This document shows positions 8,809-16,983 of a stretch of 32,308 nt of DNA, piece by piece. Location of the stretch: sequence record NC_004087.1; one strand, 5' to 3'. Position 1 is the first letter of the stretch; the number at the start of each line of letters is the position of its first letter. The position numbers were made by a program, and so were the translations under genes. The notes under the pieces were generated by a model. It ran no database searches. It had not been told where the DNA came from and saw nothing but the letters and a program-made list of their open reading frames with translations.

Positions 8809-8871
8809 TGAAAAAATAGAAGAGTAAAAAGATATAAAAATGTCATAATATAAAATGTAAAAATAGAGAAC

Positions 8872-9117
8872 ATGAGTTCCCAAGAAGAAATCATAAAAAC
8901 TTTAAATAAAAAAGATATAAAAGATATAATAACGAAAAATATTTCTTTTTTAGTTGAACCTCAAATCTTGTTTTATGCAAAAAAGAGAAATAGAATTGTA
9001 GGATATCTAGAGGTTAACGGTAGACATTATCGTTTTGAGCTAATTTTTTCAAAAGATAATAGCGTAAGTATAACAATTGGAGAACTGGTAGTATTTGGGA
9101 GCAGTGATTTAAAATGA
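8872..9117 (+). CDS. Hypothetical 81-aa protein
   Basis: GATATAAAAATGTCATA promoter at 8831-8847; intact ORF. Confidence 0.8.
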   Translation: MSSQEEIIKTLNKKDIKDIITKNISFLVEPQILFYAKKRNRIVGYLEVNGRHYRFELIFSKDNSVSITIGELVVFGSSDLK

Positions 9118-9293
9118 TGAAGATTATCACTTTTAAAATTCCAGAAGAAACATTATTGTTACTAGATGCTTACGCAATAAAACACAATATGAATAGGTCA
9201 GAAGTTATAAGGCTAGCAATAGAAAAGTTAGTAGTAGATGAAATGAAAAATGAACCAGTACCAAGAGCCAGAGTTGAGAAAATAAAATTCTGA
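9114..9293 (+). CDS. 59-aa CopG-like RHH transcription factor; missing from ORF track
   Basis: Manual translation MMKIITFKIPEETLLLLDAYAIKHNMNRSEVIRLAIEKLVVDEMKNEPVPRARVEKIKF with RHH signature NRSEVIRLAI. ATGA overlap with the upstream stop. Confidence 0.93.
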   Translation: MMKIITFKIPEETLLLLDAYAIKHNMNRSEVIRLAIEKLVVDEMKNEPVPRARVEKIKF

Positions 9294-9335
9294 TTAAATT
9301 ATACTAAAATAAAATGAAATAAAGAGCTGAGTCAA

Positions 9336-9611
9336 ATGACTGATTATAAAAATGGAATAAAGAAATTATTACAAAAATGTTTTTCTGATAAATCTATTGA
9401 TGTTATTTTTATGTCATGTAATAATTTAAGTCCTCATAAAGATTATATGATTATTGATCCTGAAACAAAATATTATATAGGATATATTTTAACTAATGGT
9501 ATAAAAATACCATTTATTGCTGAAGTTTGGCATAATAATACAACACGTATTTATTTAGATCCTAGAAAGAATTTCTATTTAGCACTTTTTATAGGTGATT
9601 TAAATGTCTGA
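9336..9611 (+). CDS. Hypothetical 91-aa protein
   Basis: Intact ORF overlapping the start of the next gene. Confidence 0.75.
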   Translation: MTDYKNGIKKLLQKCFSDKSIDVIFMSCNNLSPHKDYMIIDPETKYYIGYILTNGIKIPFIAEVWHNNTTRIYLDPRKNFYLALFIGDLNV

Positions 9612-10143
9612 TGAAATAAATAAAACACAATTAAAAAACATTATAAATGCTATTTTAGAGTACAAAAGAGTATTAGTATATAGAAATGAAATTAATGGAG
9701 ATATAGACAATAGTTATGTATTATTTTATAATGAGATCGATAGTAATTTTGATATCTTAACGATTCCATTTGTAATAGAAAATTTAAGAGAAGAAAAAGA
9801 ATTCCTAAAATTTTTATATGAAAGTGAACTATTTGATATAGATAATTTATCGAAACTAATTGTTGACTTCATAGATTATAAACATAGACCTTGCCTATTG
9901 AAAGGTCTAGTCTATGTTGAACTATTAGATCTAATAAAACAATATAATTATCAAATCACTGAAAATAATATTAATTTTAACAAAAATAGATTTACGGGAG
10001 AAATTAGATATATTATATCGATAGACTCAAATAAAACTGCAGAAATTATTAAAAAAATTGAATATTGCAATTTCTGTTTATATGACAGAGATATAAATGT
10101 AGGTATTCAAAAATGCGTAACTTATAAGTTAAAATATTCATAA
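9604..10143 (+). CDS. Hypothetical 179-aa protein
   Basis: GGTGA SD; long ORF; A/T tracts after stop. Confidence 0.8.
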   Translation: MSDEINKTQLKNIINAILEYKRVLVYRNEINGDIDNSYVLFYNEIDSNFDILTIPFVIENLREEKEFLKFLYESELFDIDNLSKLIVDFIDYKHRPCLLKGLVYVELLDLIKQYNYQITENNINFNKNRFTGEIRYIISIDSNKTAEIIKKIEYCNFCLYDRDINVGIQKCVTYKLKYS

Positions 10144-10160
10144 AAAAATTTTATTTTTTT
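10143..10160. terminator. Bidirectional oligo-T terminator between convergent ORF179 and dut
   Basis: AAAAAAATTTTATTTTTT gives T-tracts on both strands. Confidence 0.55.
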
Positions 10161-10635
10161 AATCTTCTTTTGCTAATGTGACGCCTTTCTGTTTCTGATA
10201 TTTTCCGTTATAAGGCTTTTCTACCGGCGTTAAAGTTCTAGCAAAAATTAGATGTAAAAATCTTTCTCCTGATTTTAATTTGACAGGAATTGAAGAACCA
10301 ACTAATTCTATAGTAAGTTGACCTTCAAATCCCGCATCTACAATTGTCGGCGGAATTAATAATCCTTTTCTAGCAAATGTACTTCTCAAATTACAAAATG
10401 CTATAATATCATTTGATAATTTTATATATTCTTTTGTTGTTAAAAGTACATGTTCATTTGGATAAATTATAAATTCATCTCCTACTTCTTTTTCCATATT
10501 TTCTTTTATCCTAACTATTTCGTTACCAATTTTCAAATCGACACCATTTTCTCTTATTGTATCCTCACTTAATGGATTTATAACTAATTTTTTAGAATTT
10601 ATATATGTTTTTATATCTCTATCTGAAAGAATCAT
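10159..10635 (-). CDS. dut: dUTPase (dCTP deaminase-like fold)
   Basis: Motifs [17 protein letters not shown] and [14 protein letters not shown]. Confidence 0.92.
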   Translation of the reverse strand: MILSDRDIKTYINSKKLVINPLSEDTIRENGVDLKIGNEIVRIKENMEKEVGDEFIIYPNEHVLLTTKEYIKLSNDIIAFCNLRSTFARKGLLIPPTIVDAGFEGQLTIELVGSSIPVKLKSGERFLHLIFARTLTPVEKPYNGKYQKQKGVTLAKED

Positions 10636-10647
10636 CTTTTCTCAGTT

Positions 10648-10953
10648 TTAGTTATTACTTTCTGACATATTTATATCTCCACAGATTGCCGAAATTTTAA
10701 ACATATTTTTATCATATCTCCAATTTACTTTTATATAATTTGGATATTTGAAAGTACGAACTAAATATTTTAGCATAGACATCCCGGCTTTTTCATATTC
10801 TTTCTTTTTCATATTTATTTTTATTTGCATTAATATTATTTCTTCATCTTCAAAAACATTAAAGAAATAAATATTGTCGGAATATCTACTTTCTAGCCAA
10901 TTTCGGAATTGAATTATATATTTTCTACATTCATTCTTTATATCAATTTCCAT
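10648..10953 (-). CDS. Hypothetical 101-aa protein
   Basis: TGTCATA promoter at 10970-10976 (minus); intact ORF. Confidence 0.8.
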   Translation of the reverse strand: MEIDIKNECRKYIIQFRNWLESRYSDNIYFFNVFEDEEIILMQIKINMKKKEYEKAGMSMLKYLVRTFKYPNYIKVNWRYDKNMFKISAICGDINMSESNN

Positions 10954-11073
10954 ATTTTAGTTAAGCAGATATGACAATTTAATAGTTTTGTGTATTACAT
11001 TATATAGTATAATATATAGTATATAATTTCCGGGATTATTTTCATAGTAATTTTTACAAATCTTAGTAGTCAT

Positions 11074-11091
11074 ATACATTATATTATGTAT
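11074..11091. promoter_or_regulatory. Palindromic operator ATACATTATATTATGTAT upstream of the capsid gene
   Basis: Identical 18-mer at 20272-20289. Confidence 0.65.
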
Positions 11092-11141
11092 AAGACGTGA
11101 AAATTTATTAATTTAAAGAATAAAATTGATATTGACCAAAA

Positions 11142-11546
11142 ATGGCAAAAGGTCACACAAAAAGATCATATAGCCAAAGGTACGCAAAATGGCAAGCCAA
11201 ATTTAATGCGTTTAGTAACCCAACAGTAGCATCTACTATATTGTCAAATGTAGCTCCTGTTGCCCAACAGAATTTCCAGACTAATGTCCCAACATTTACC
11301 GCGGTTAACGAAAATGTTAGTGCAGTTCTTTCACAATATGGAATAACTGGGCCTAACAGAGCTATATATCAAGGTTTTGGTTTGAAGATTGCTAGAGCAC
11401 TTAATAGGATTGGGAGCGGGCCAGCTTTAGTAAATATGATAAACGGTTTGAAAAGTTATTATATTTCAGCTTTTAACGCTAATCCTCAAGTATTAGATGC
11501 TGTAGTAAATATAATAACTGGAAGCCCGACTGGATACGTAAGTTAA
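11142..11546 (+). CDS. Rudivirus major capsid protein (134 aa)
   Basis: Recognised sequence MAKGHTKRSYSQRYAKWQAKFNAFSNPTVASTILSNV. Confidence 0.98.
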   Translation: MAKGHTKRSYSQRYAKWQAKFNAFSNPTVASTILSNVAPVAQQNFQTNVPTFTAVNENVSAVLSQYGITGPNRAIYQGFGLKIARALNRIGSGPALVNMINGLKSYYISAFNANPQVLDAVVNIITGSPTGYVS

Positions 11547-11576
11547 AATATTTAAGCTATTTTTTTCTTTTTTTCT

Positions 11577-11744
11577 TTATTCTTCTTCAGTCTTTATTTC
11601 TATATATTCCCCAGTTCTCAAACTTATCCTCCTACAATTAGATAATTTTAAATTTGTATTATGCTTTCTTAAATGAGTTATCATACTTTTCCTTTTTATA
11701 TAAATTTCTCCACAAATTGGACATTCATATCCTAAGAGTGCCAT
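11577..11744 (-). CDS. 55-aa C2H2 zinc-finger protein (start moved from 11789)
   Basis: CPICGEIYIKRKSMITHLRKH. A TTTAAAAATGTCAAA promoter-like motif lies at ~11761-11775, inside the longer ORF call. Confidence 0.8.
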   Translation of the reverse strand: MALLGYECPICGEIYIKRKSMITHLRKHNTNLKLSNCRRISLRTGEYIEIKTEEE

Positions 11745-11876
11745 AAGGAGAAATTTGGATTTGACATTTTTAAATGCTATTAAATCCAATCAACCATATA
11801 CATTATATAATATATATGAATTATAGGTTAAGTTGTTAGTCAGCTTTATTTTTGTCATAATTTTTATTTTTATCTC

Positions 11877-12884
11877 ATGAAAACTGCAATTTTAACTATG
11901 AATTATTCTTCTATATCTAATGTTTCTGAAGATATTGCAGAAGTTTTGAGAGAAAATGGAGAAATCGTAACAATAACAAAAAATCCATTTTATATTCCAA
12001 AAGCTGAAAAATTAATAGTTTTCATTCCATTCCATCCGCCATCTCTAAATCCATATCTTTATGCTTTTTATCAATTTAATGGAAAGAAATTATTTTATAC
12101 TACTTGTGATGGAATTCCAAATATTGAAATTGTAAATAAGTATTTATTACAAGATGTTAAATTTATACCAAATTCAAAATTTTCAGCTATGAATTTACAA
12201 GAAGTAGGTCTACAAACAGATTTGCCAGTTTTCCATGGAATTAATTTTAAAATTGTAGAAAATGCCGAAAAATTAGTTCCACAATTAAAACAAAAGTTAG
12301 ATAAAGATTTTCCTAACACGATAAAATTTGGAATTGTGAGTGGATTAACAAAAAGAAAAAATATGGATTTAATGTTACAAGTTTTTAATGAACTAAATAC
12401 AAAATATCCAGATATTGCTAAAAAAATTCACTTTTTCGTAATTTCTCATAAACAATTTACGCAAAATGAAGTTCCCGCAAATGTACATTTTGTAGCAGAG
12501 TTTGGATTTAATAGTAGAGAATATATATTTGGATTTTATGGAGCTATGGATTATATTATTGTTCCAAGTGGAACAGAAGGATTTGGAATGCCAGTTCTAG
12601 AAAGTATGGCTATGGGAACTCCAGTTATCCATCAACTTATGCCCCCGTTTGATGAATTTACAAGCTGGCAGTGGAATTTATTAATTAAATCTTCAAAAGT
12701 TGAAGAATATTATGATAAAGAGCATGGACAAAAGTGGAAAATTCATAAATTTGAAATTGAAGATATGATAAATGCAATTATATTAGCTTCTGAACTTCAA
12801 GATAGAGAAGAAAGAAGTACTAAATTAAAAGAATTAGCAAAAAGATATGATATAAGAAATTTATATACTAGATTTTTAGAATGA
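11877..12884 (+). CDS. GT-B (GT4-like) glycosyltransferase
   Basis: EGFGMPVLESMAMG (Ex7E) motif. Confidence 0.93.
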   Translation: MKTAILTMNYSSISNVSEDIAEVLRENGEIVTITKNPFYIPKAEKLIVFIPFHPPSLNPYLYAFYQFNGKKLFYTTCDGIPNIEIVNKYLLQDVKFIPNSKFSAMNLQEVGLQTDLPVFHGINFKIVENAEKLVPQLKQKLDKDFPNTIKFGIVSGLTKRKNMDLMLQVFNELNTKYPDIAKKIHFFVISHKQFTQNEVPANVHFVAEFGFNSREYIFGFYGAMDYIIVPSGTEGFGMPVLESMAMGTPVIHQLMPPFDEFTSWQWNLLIKSSKVEEYYDKEHGQKWKIHKFEIEDMINAIILASELQDREERSTKLKELAKRYDIRNLYTRFLE

Positions 12885-12926
12885 TATAAATTTGTCATAA
12901 TACATAATATATAATAATGATAGAGA

Positions 12927-13055
12927 ATGAAAGTAAAAATAATATGTGAAAAATTAACTACATTTCATATAAATTCTGAAGATGAAGAATTAGTAAATAG
13001 AATAATAAAAATGTGTAATGATTATAATTTAAATTACAAAATTGAACTTGAATAA
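12927..13055 (+). CDS. 42-aa small protein; missing from ORF track
   Basis: MKVKIICEKLTTFHINSEDEELVNRIIKMCNDYNLNYKIELE. GATATAAATTTGTCATA promoter at 12883-12899; T-tract after stop. Confidence 0.6.
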   Translation: MKVKIICEKLTTFHINSEDEELVNRIIKMCNDYNLNYKIELE

Positions 13056-13060
13056 TTTTT

Positions 13061-13255
13061 TTACCATATTCCCCATTCTTTACTATCTATAAGTTTCATT
13101 TTTCCATTTTCTATCATATTTGCATAATCTTTTAATATTTTTGGCAATACTTTTTTTAATTCTTCTTCTGTTGGCTTATTTGGAACTTGATCAATTAAAA
13201 TATAAATCTTAATATGTAATTCTTTATTTTTTTCATCATAATAATAAGTTATCAT
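13061..13255 (-). CDS. Hypothetical 64-aa protein
   Basis: ATGA coupling to the upstream gene; GGA SD. Confidence 0.8.
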   Translation of the reverse strand: MITYYYDEKNKELHIKIYILIDQVPNKPTEEELKKVLPKILKDYANMIENGKMKLIDSKEWGIW

Positions 13256-13485
13256 TTTTGATCCAACTTCCTTTTTATTTCTTCAACTTGTCTTGATAAT
13301 TCATCTTGTTTTATTTTTAATTCTTCAATTTCTGTCTTTAGATTTGATAATTCTGAATTTACTATCTCTTTTACTGCATCTTTTAATGCCTGTTTAATTT
13401 TTAGATATAATTGAATAATTGCAAATAATGTAGTTGTAGTAGTGGAAATTATAGTGAGGACTAATGTAGTCTCACTCATCTTCAT
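13252..13485 (-). CDS. N-terminal hydrophobic helix plus coiled-coil protein (~77 aa; track start 13506)
   Basis: GAGGAGG SD before MKMSET; heptad pattern ELSNLKTEIEELKIKQDELSRQVEEI. Confidence 0.75.
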   Translation of the reverse strand: MKMSETTLVLTIISTTTTTLFAIIQLYLKIKQALKDAVKEIVNSELSNLKTEIEELKIKQDELSRQVEEIKRKLDQK

Positions 13486-13804
13486 TTTCCTCCTCAGATA
13501 ATTCAAAATTTGCAGTACTATTAATTTGTTTCGCGTAAGGTTGAGGATATACTACGCGAAAATCATCTATAAAAATCTGCTTAGTTTGTTGATCTTGAAT
13601 TATAGAAAATTGAAAATAGAAAGTAAAACCTGGAATATAAAGGTCAACAATTAATGGATAATCGATAGTTTTCATAACAATTATTGAATTTGGTAAAAAA
13701 CGTGATAAACCATAAATTTGACCTCTCTGTTCTAATTCTTTTATTTTATCAATTGCAATTCTAACAACTCCAAAAATATTTTGAAAAGGATCTTCAATTC
13801 TCAT
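13472..13804 (-). CDS. Conserved rudiviral 110-aa protein
   Basis: Intact ORF preceded by the 29-bp late element at 13848-13876. Confidence 0.8.
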   Translation of the reverse strand: MRIEDPFQNIFGVVRIAIDKIKELEQRGQIYGLSRFLPNSIIVMKTIDYPLIVDLYIPGFTFYFQFSIIQDQQTKQIFIDDFRVVYPQPYAKQINSTANFELSEEENEDE

Positions 13805-13893
13805 ATGATATCTTTTATTTCAAGCCGTTAAAAAATATACAAGTAGCATAACTCATATATATTATATAATGTATATAGTGTCTGAATTTTGTG

Positions 13894-15282
13894 TCATCTA
13901 ACTGCAATATTTTGAAAGTTCTTATAGTAGAAAATTGGCTTATATTGTTTCGTTTTTGCAGATTTTTGAGCTAATTTTATCTGGTTTTCAATTTTAGCTT
14001 GTCCTTGTAATTGTTCTCCTAATTGTTGTGCATATTGCAAATCTTGATCTGTTAATCCGTAAAATTTCCACTTAGTTTTCCAATAATTCAAAAAGTCTTG
14101 ATATGATAATGTTCTTTTTCCAGATGTATAACTGTAATTTTGTTGATAAGGATATCTTGCAATTTCTATAGTAGCACTTGCTACCATTTTCGCGTACCAA
14201 ATGTTTGAATATTTCTTATTTACAATTTTCTGAATTTGCAAAAATTGTTGATAGCTAACTGCATAGTTTTCAATTTCTGAACTATAAGCTATATTAATTC
14301 CACCAGGAGATGGATCATATAAATGCATTTTAAATAGATTTCCAAATATTGAAATTACGGTTTTATCTGCAGATAAAATAGCTATTAAATCATCTTGAGT
14401 AACATTTTCTGGATTAAATTCAGGCATTAGTACCGCAAAATCTAAAGGAGTATAATCCAAAATCATTCCAAAAACATCTGCAAAATATTGTAAAATCATA
14501 CCATTTTGTAATTGAATTCCATTTTGAGTTTCAGGAGCTAAAACACATCTATCTAGCCAACCGACATCTAAAGCAAATCCGTTATTTATTATGCTATTTA
14601 AGTCTGGAATAAATGCAATTATGAATTTAGCAAAATCTGGAAGTTGATTAAAGTTAATATTTAAAGCATTTAATAAATCTATAATTCCGGTATCTGCAAT
14701 ATTATTATACATATAGTTATCTACATTTGGAATATTTGTAATTCCAGTTCCTAAAGTTGTAACATTTACACTTACATTTGTAGTAGTTAAACTAGAAAAG
14801 TATTGTTCAATTTTCTTACAAGATTGGTTTTGATATTCTGTAGCTAATGCCGGCTGATATACAGATAAATCAAAATAAGTTTCATCAAAAACTGCCGGTT
14901 GATATAAAATATTGCATAATTGTACATAATTATCATATAAACTAGTATAATTATTTAATAAACTTATTCCATTAGAAATTCCAAAATTTGCAGATTGACC
15001 TAAATTAAGAAATGTTTGAGAATTAAAATTTGGATTAAATACTGAAATTGCTAAATTGTTTAATGCAGAAAGTAAAGAAGAAATAATTGAAGCGTATGCA
15101 ATTCCATAATTTGTATTTATGCCTAGAGGAATTTGAATATTTTCTAATGGAGTTGGTAAAACTGATTCAACTCCAGCGTCAAACATTACAGAAAATGCAG
15201 GGAAAGATTTTCTATTCAATATTTTATTATATAAGTGATATTTCATACTTGCTATATTTCTCTGTCCTTTTCTCTTGCCCAT
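13894..15282 (-). CDS. Minor virion structural protein (ORF486/488 family); likely start MGKRKG at 15282
   Basis: Long ORF. The track N-terminal extension overlaps the divergent GNAT gene and its promoter, so it is likely non-coding. Confidence 0.75.
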   Translation of the reverse strand: MGKRKGQRNIASMKYHLYNKILNRKSFPAFSVMFDAGVESVLPTPLENIQIPLGINTNYGIAYASIISSLLSALNNLAISVFNPNFNSQTFLNLGQSANFGISNGISLLNNYTSLYDNYVQLCNILYQPAVFDETYFDLSVYQPALATEYQNQSCKKIEQYFSSLTTTNVSVNVTTLGTGITNIPNVDNYMYNNIADTGIIDLLNALNINFNQLPDFAKFIIAFIPDLNSIINNGFALDVGWLDRCVLAPETQNGIQLQNGMILQYFADVFGMILDYTPLDFAVLMPEFNPENVTQDDLIAILSADKTVISIFGNLFKMHLYDPSPGGINIAYSSEIENYAVSYQQFLQIQKIVNKKYSNIWYAKMVASATIEIARYPYQQNYSYTSGKRTLSYQDFLNYWKTKWKFYGLTDQDLQYAQQLGEQLQGQAKIENQIKLAQKSAKTKQYKPIFYYKNFQNIAVR

Positions 15283-15368
15283 AGCTATCAATTTATATAT
15301 CTCAAGTAGAAAAATAAACTTACAAATTGCATAATGTATATAAATGTCATACATTATTGATTTAATAA

Positions 15369-15833
15369 ATGAATCAAAAATATGAAGTTGAAGAAATAAA
15401 AAATAAAGAATTAGTAAAATTAGCAAGAATGTTAATTGATTACTATCATATTCAAGGAATGGTAAAGGGAGGTGGAGCTGGTAGAAATTCTAGATATTTT
15501 ATGTATTTAGAAAAAGAAGATGACAAGAAATATATAGTAGCAGTTGCCTGGCTTCATGATAATACTCCATTTCGTTTTATTGCACAACAATATAATATTC
15601 CAAACGATAGAAGTTATTTTATTAGAAGAGTAACTAAAACTGCTCCTGGAGATCATTTAGTGAATTTTCTAAATGATTTAGCTGAGAAACTGAAGAAAGA
15701 TGGTTTTGAAGTTCTATGGACACTTGGTTTTCCAGACCATAGTAATGCTTTATATAAAAAAGCCGGGTTCAAATTAGTAGGTCAAACTAGTAGGACAAAA
15801 CATGAAGTTTATGTAAAATATTTGAATAAGTGA
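15369..15833 (+). CDS. GNAT-family acetyltransferase
   Basis: Motif SNALYKKAGFKLVG; beta-strand YFIRRVT. Confidence 0.8.
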   Translation: MNQKYEVEEIKNKELVKLARMLIDYYHIQGMVKGGGAGRNSRYFMYLEKEDDKKYIVAVAWLHDNTPFRFIAQQYNIPNDRSYFIRRVTKTAPGDHLVNFLNDLAEKLKKDGFEVLWTLGFPDHSNALYKKAGFKLVGQTSRTKHEVYVKYLNK

Positions 15834-15839
15834 CAGAAA

Positions 15840-16205
15840 ATGAACATTAGACAGTCAGGTAAATATTATGAATATAAAACTTTAGAAATTCTTGAAAAAA
15901 ATGGCTTTAAAGCATTAAGAATTCCAGTTTCTGGAACTGGAAAACAGGCACTTCCAGATCTTATAGCGACAAAAAATAATACAATTTATCCAATTGAAGT
16001 TAAATCAACTTCAAAAGATGTAGTAACTGTTAGAAATTTCCAAATTGAAAAACTGTTCAAATTTTGTGAAATTTTTAATTTTTGTGAATGTCATCCACTT
16101 GTGACTGTGTACTATAAAAAATATAAAATTGTCATAGTCTATGAATTATCTCAAGATGTCAGAACAAAAGAAAAAATCAAATTTAAATACGGAATTAACA
16201 GCTAA
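15840..16205 (+). CDS. hjc: Archaeal Holliday junction resolvase (Hjc/Hjr)
   Basis: GKYYEYK...SG...PDLIA...IEVKS motif set. Confidence 0.97.
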   Translation: MNIRQSGKYYEYKTLEILEKNGFKALRIPVSGTGKQALPDLIATKNNTIYPIEVKSTSKDVVTVRNFQIEKLFKFCEIFNFCECHPLVTVYYKKYKIVIVYELSQDVRTKEKIKFKYGINS

Positions 16206-16365
16206 ATTATACCTGGCGTTAGATGATTTGACTATGGCTTTAGCTACAGAAGATAAAGAAGAAGTTAGAAAAAGTGAAGTATTTCAGAAAGCATTAGAAG
16301 TTGTGAAAGTAGTTAAAGAAATGAGAAGATTACAAGTTAAACCGGCAGAAGGTGAGGAAAAATGA
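16141..16365 (+). CDS. Hypothetical helical protein (69-74 aa; possible start 16156)
   Basis: Overlaps the hjc 3' end and is coupled by ATGA to the next gene. Confidence 0.7.
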
Positions 16366-16706
16366 ATAAAGTCTATCTTGCAAATGCATTTTCAATAAAT
16401 ATGTTAACTAAATTTCCTACAAAAGTAGTAATTGATAAAATTGATAGATTAGAATTTTGTGAAAATATTGATAATGAAGATATAATTAATTCAATTGGAC
16501 ATGATTCAACAATTCAATTAATAAATTCACTATGCGGAACTACATTTCAAAAGAATAGAGTAGAAATTAAATTAGAGAAAGAAGATAAATTGTATGTTGT
16601 ACAAATTTCACAGAGATTAGAAGAAGGAAAAATATTAACTCTTGAAGAGATATTGAAACTGTATGAAAGTGGAAAAGTTCAATTTTTTGAGATAATTGTA
16701 GACTAA
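16362..16706 (+). CDS. acrIII-1: AcrIII-1 cA4 ring nuclease (DUF1874)
   Basis: [12 protein letters not shown]-terminus, SIGH with His47, RLEEGKIL motif; GGTGAGG SD. Confidence 0.97.
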
Positions 16707-16718
16707 TAAGTAAAATAA

Positions 16719-16737
16719 AATTTTTTTCATCTTTTTG
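16719..16737 (+). terminator. Oligo-T terminator after acrIII-1
   Basis: TTTTTTTCATCTTTTT shortly after the stop codon. Confidence 0.5.
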
Positions 16738-16983
16738 AGTTTGTTAGTTTAGGTTATCCCATTTCTGCTAAAATTTTTTAATATATAAATGTTTTTACGC
16801 CGTTATTTTGCGTAATTTATCGATAAAAAAAGCTAATTTTACGTGAGTTAAAAGTTTAAAAAGATTTCTTGGAAATTCACGTTATTAGTTTATATAGTTG
16901 TCATTACAATTTTTCAACAGCTAAATGCAAAAAATTAACAGATGTAGAATTGAAAGAACTTTTAGATTTGTATTTTTTTAGTA

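Noticed and set aside
9336-9611. ORF91 as a fifth AcrID1 paralog
   Set aside because: Only the first helix (DYKNGIKKLLQKCFSD) resembles the family and the EIxFWR end is absent; needs a profile search to decide.
12095-12319. 74-aa - strand ORF
   Set aside because: Antisense inside a clear glycosyltransferase.
15087-15284. 65-aa + strand ORF
   Set aside because: Antisense inside the structural protein gene.
15283-15426. N-terminal 48-aa extension of the 510-aa ORF
   Set aside because: Overlaps the divergent GNAT gene and its promoter; composition is unlike the rest of the protein. The exact start remains uncertain.
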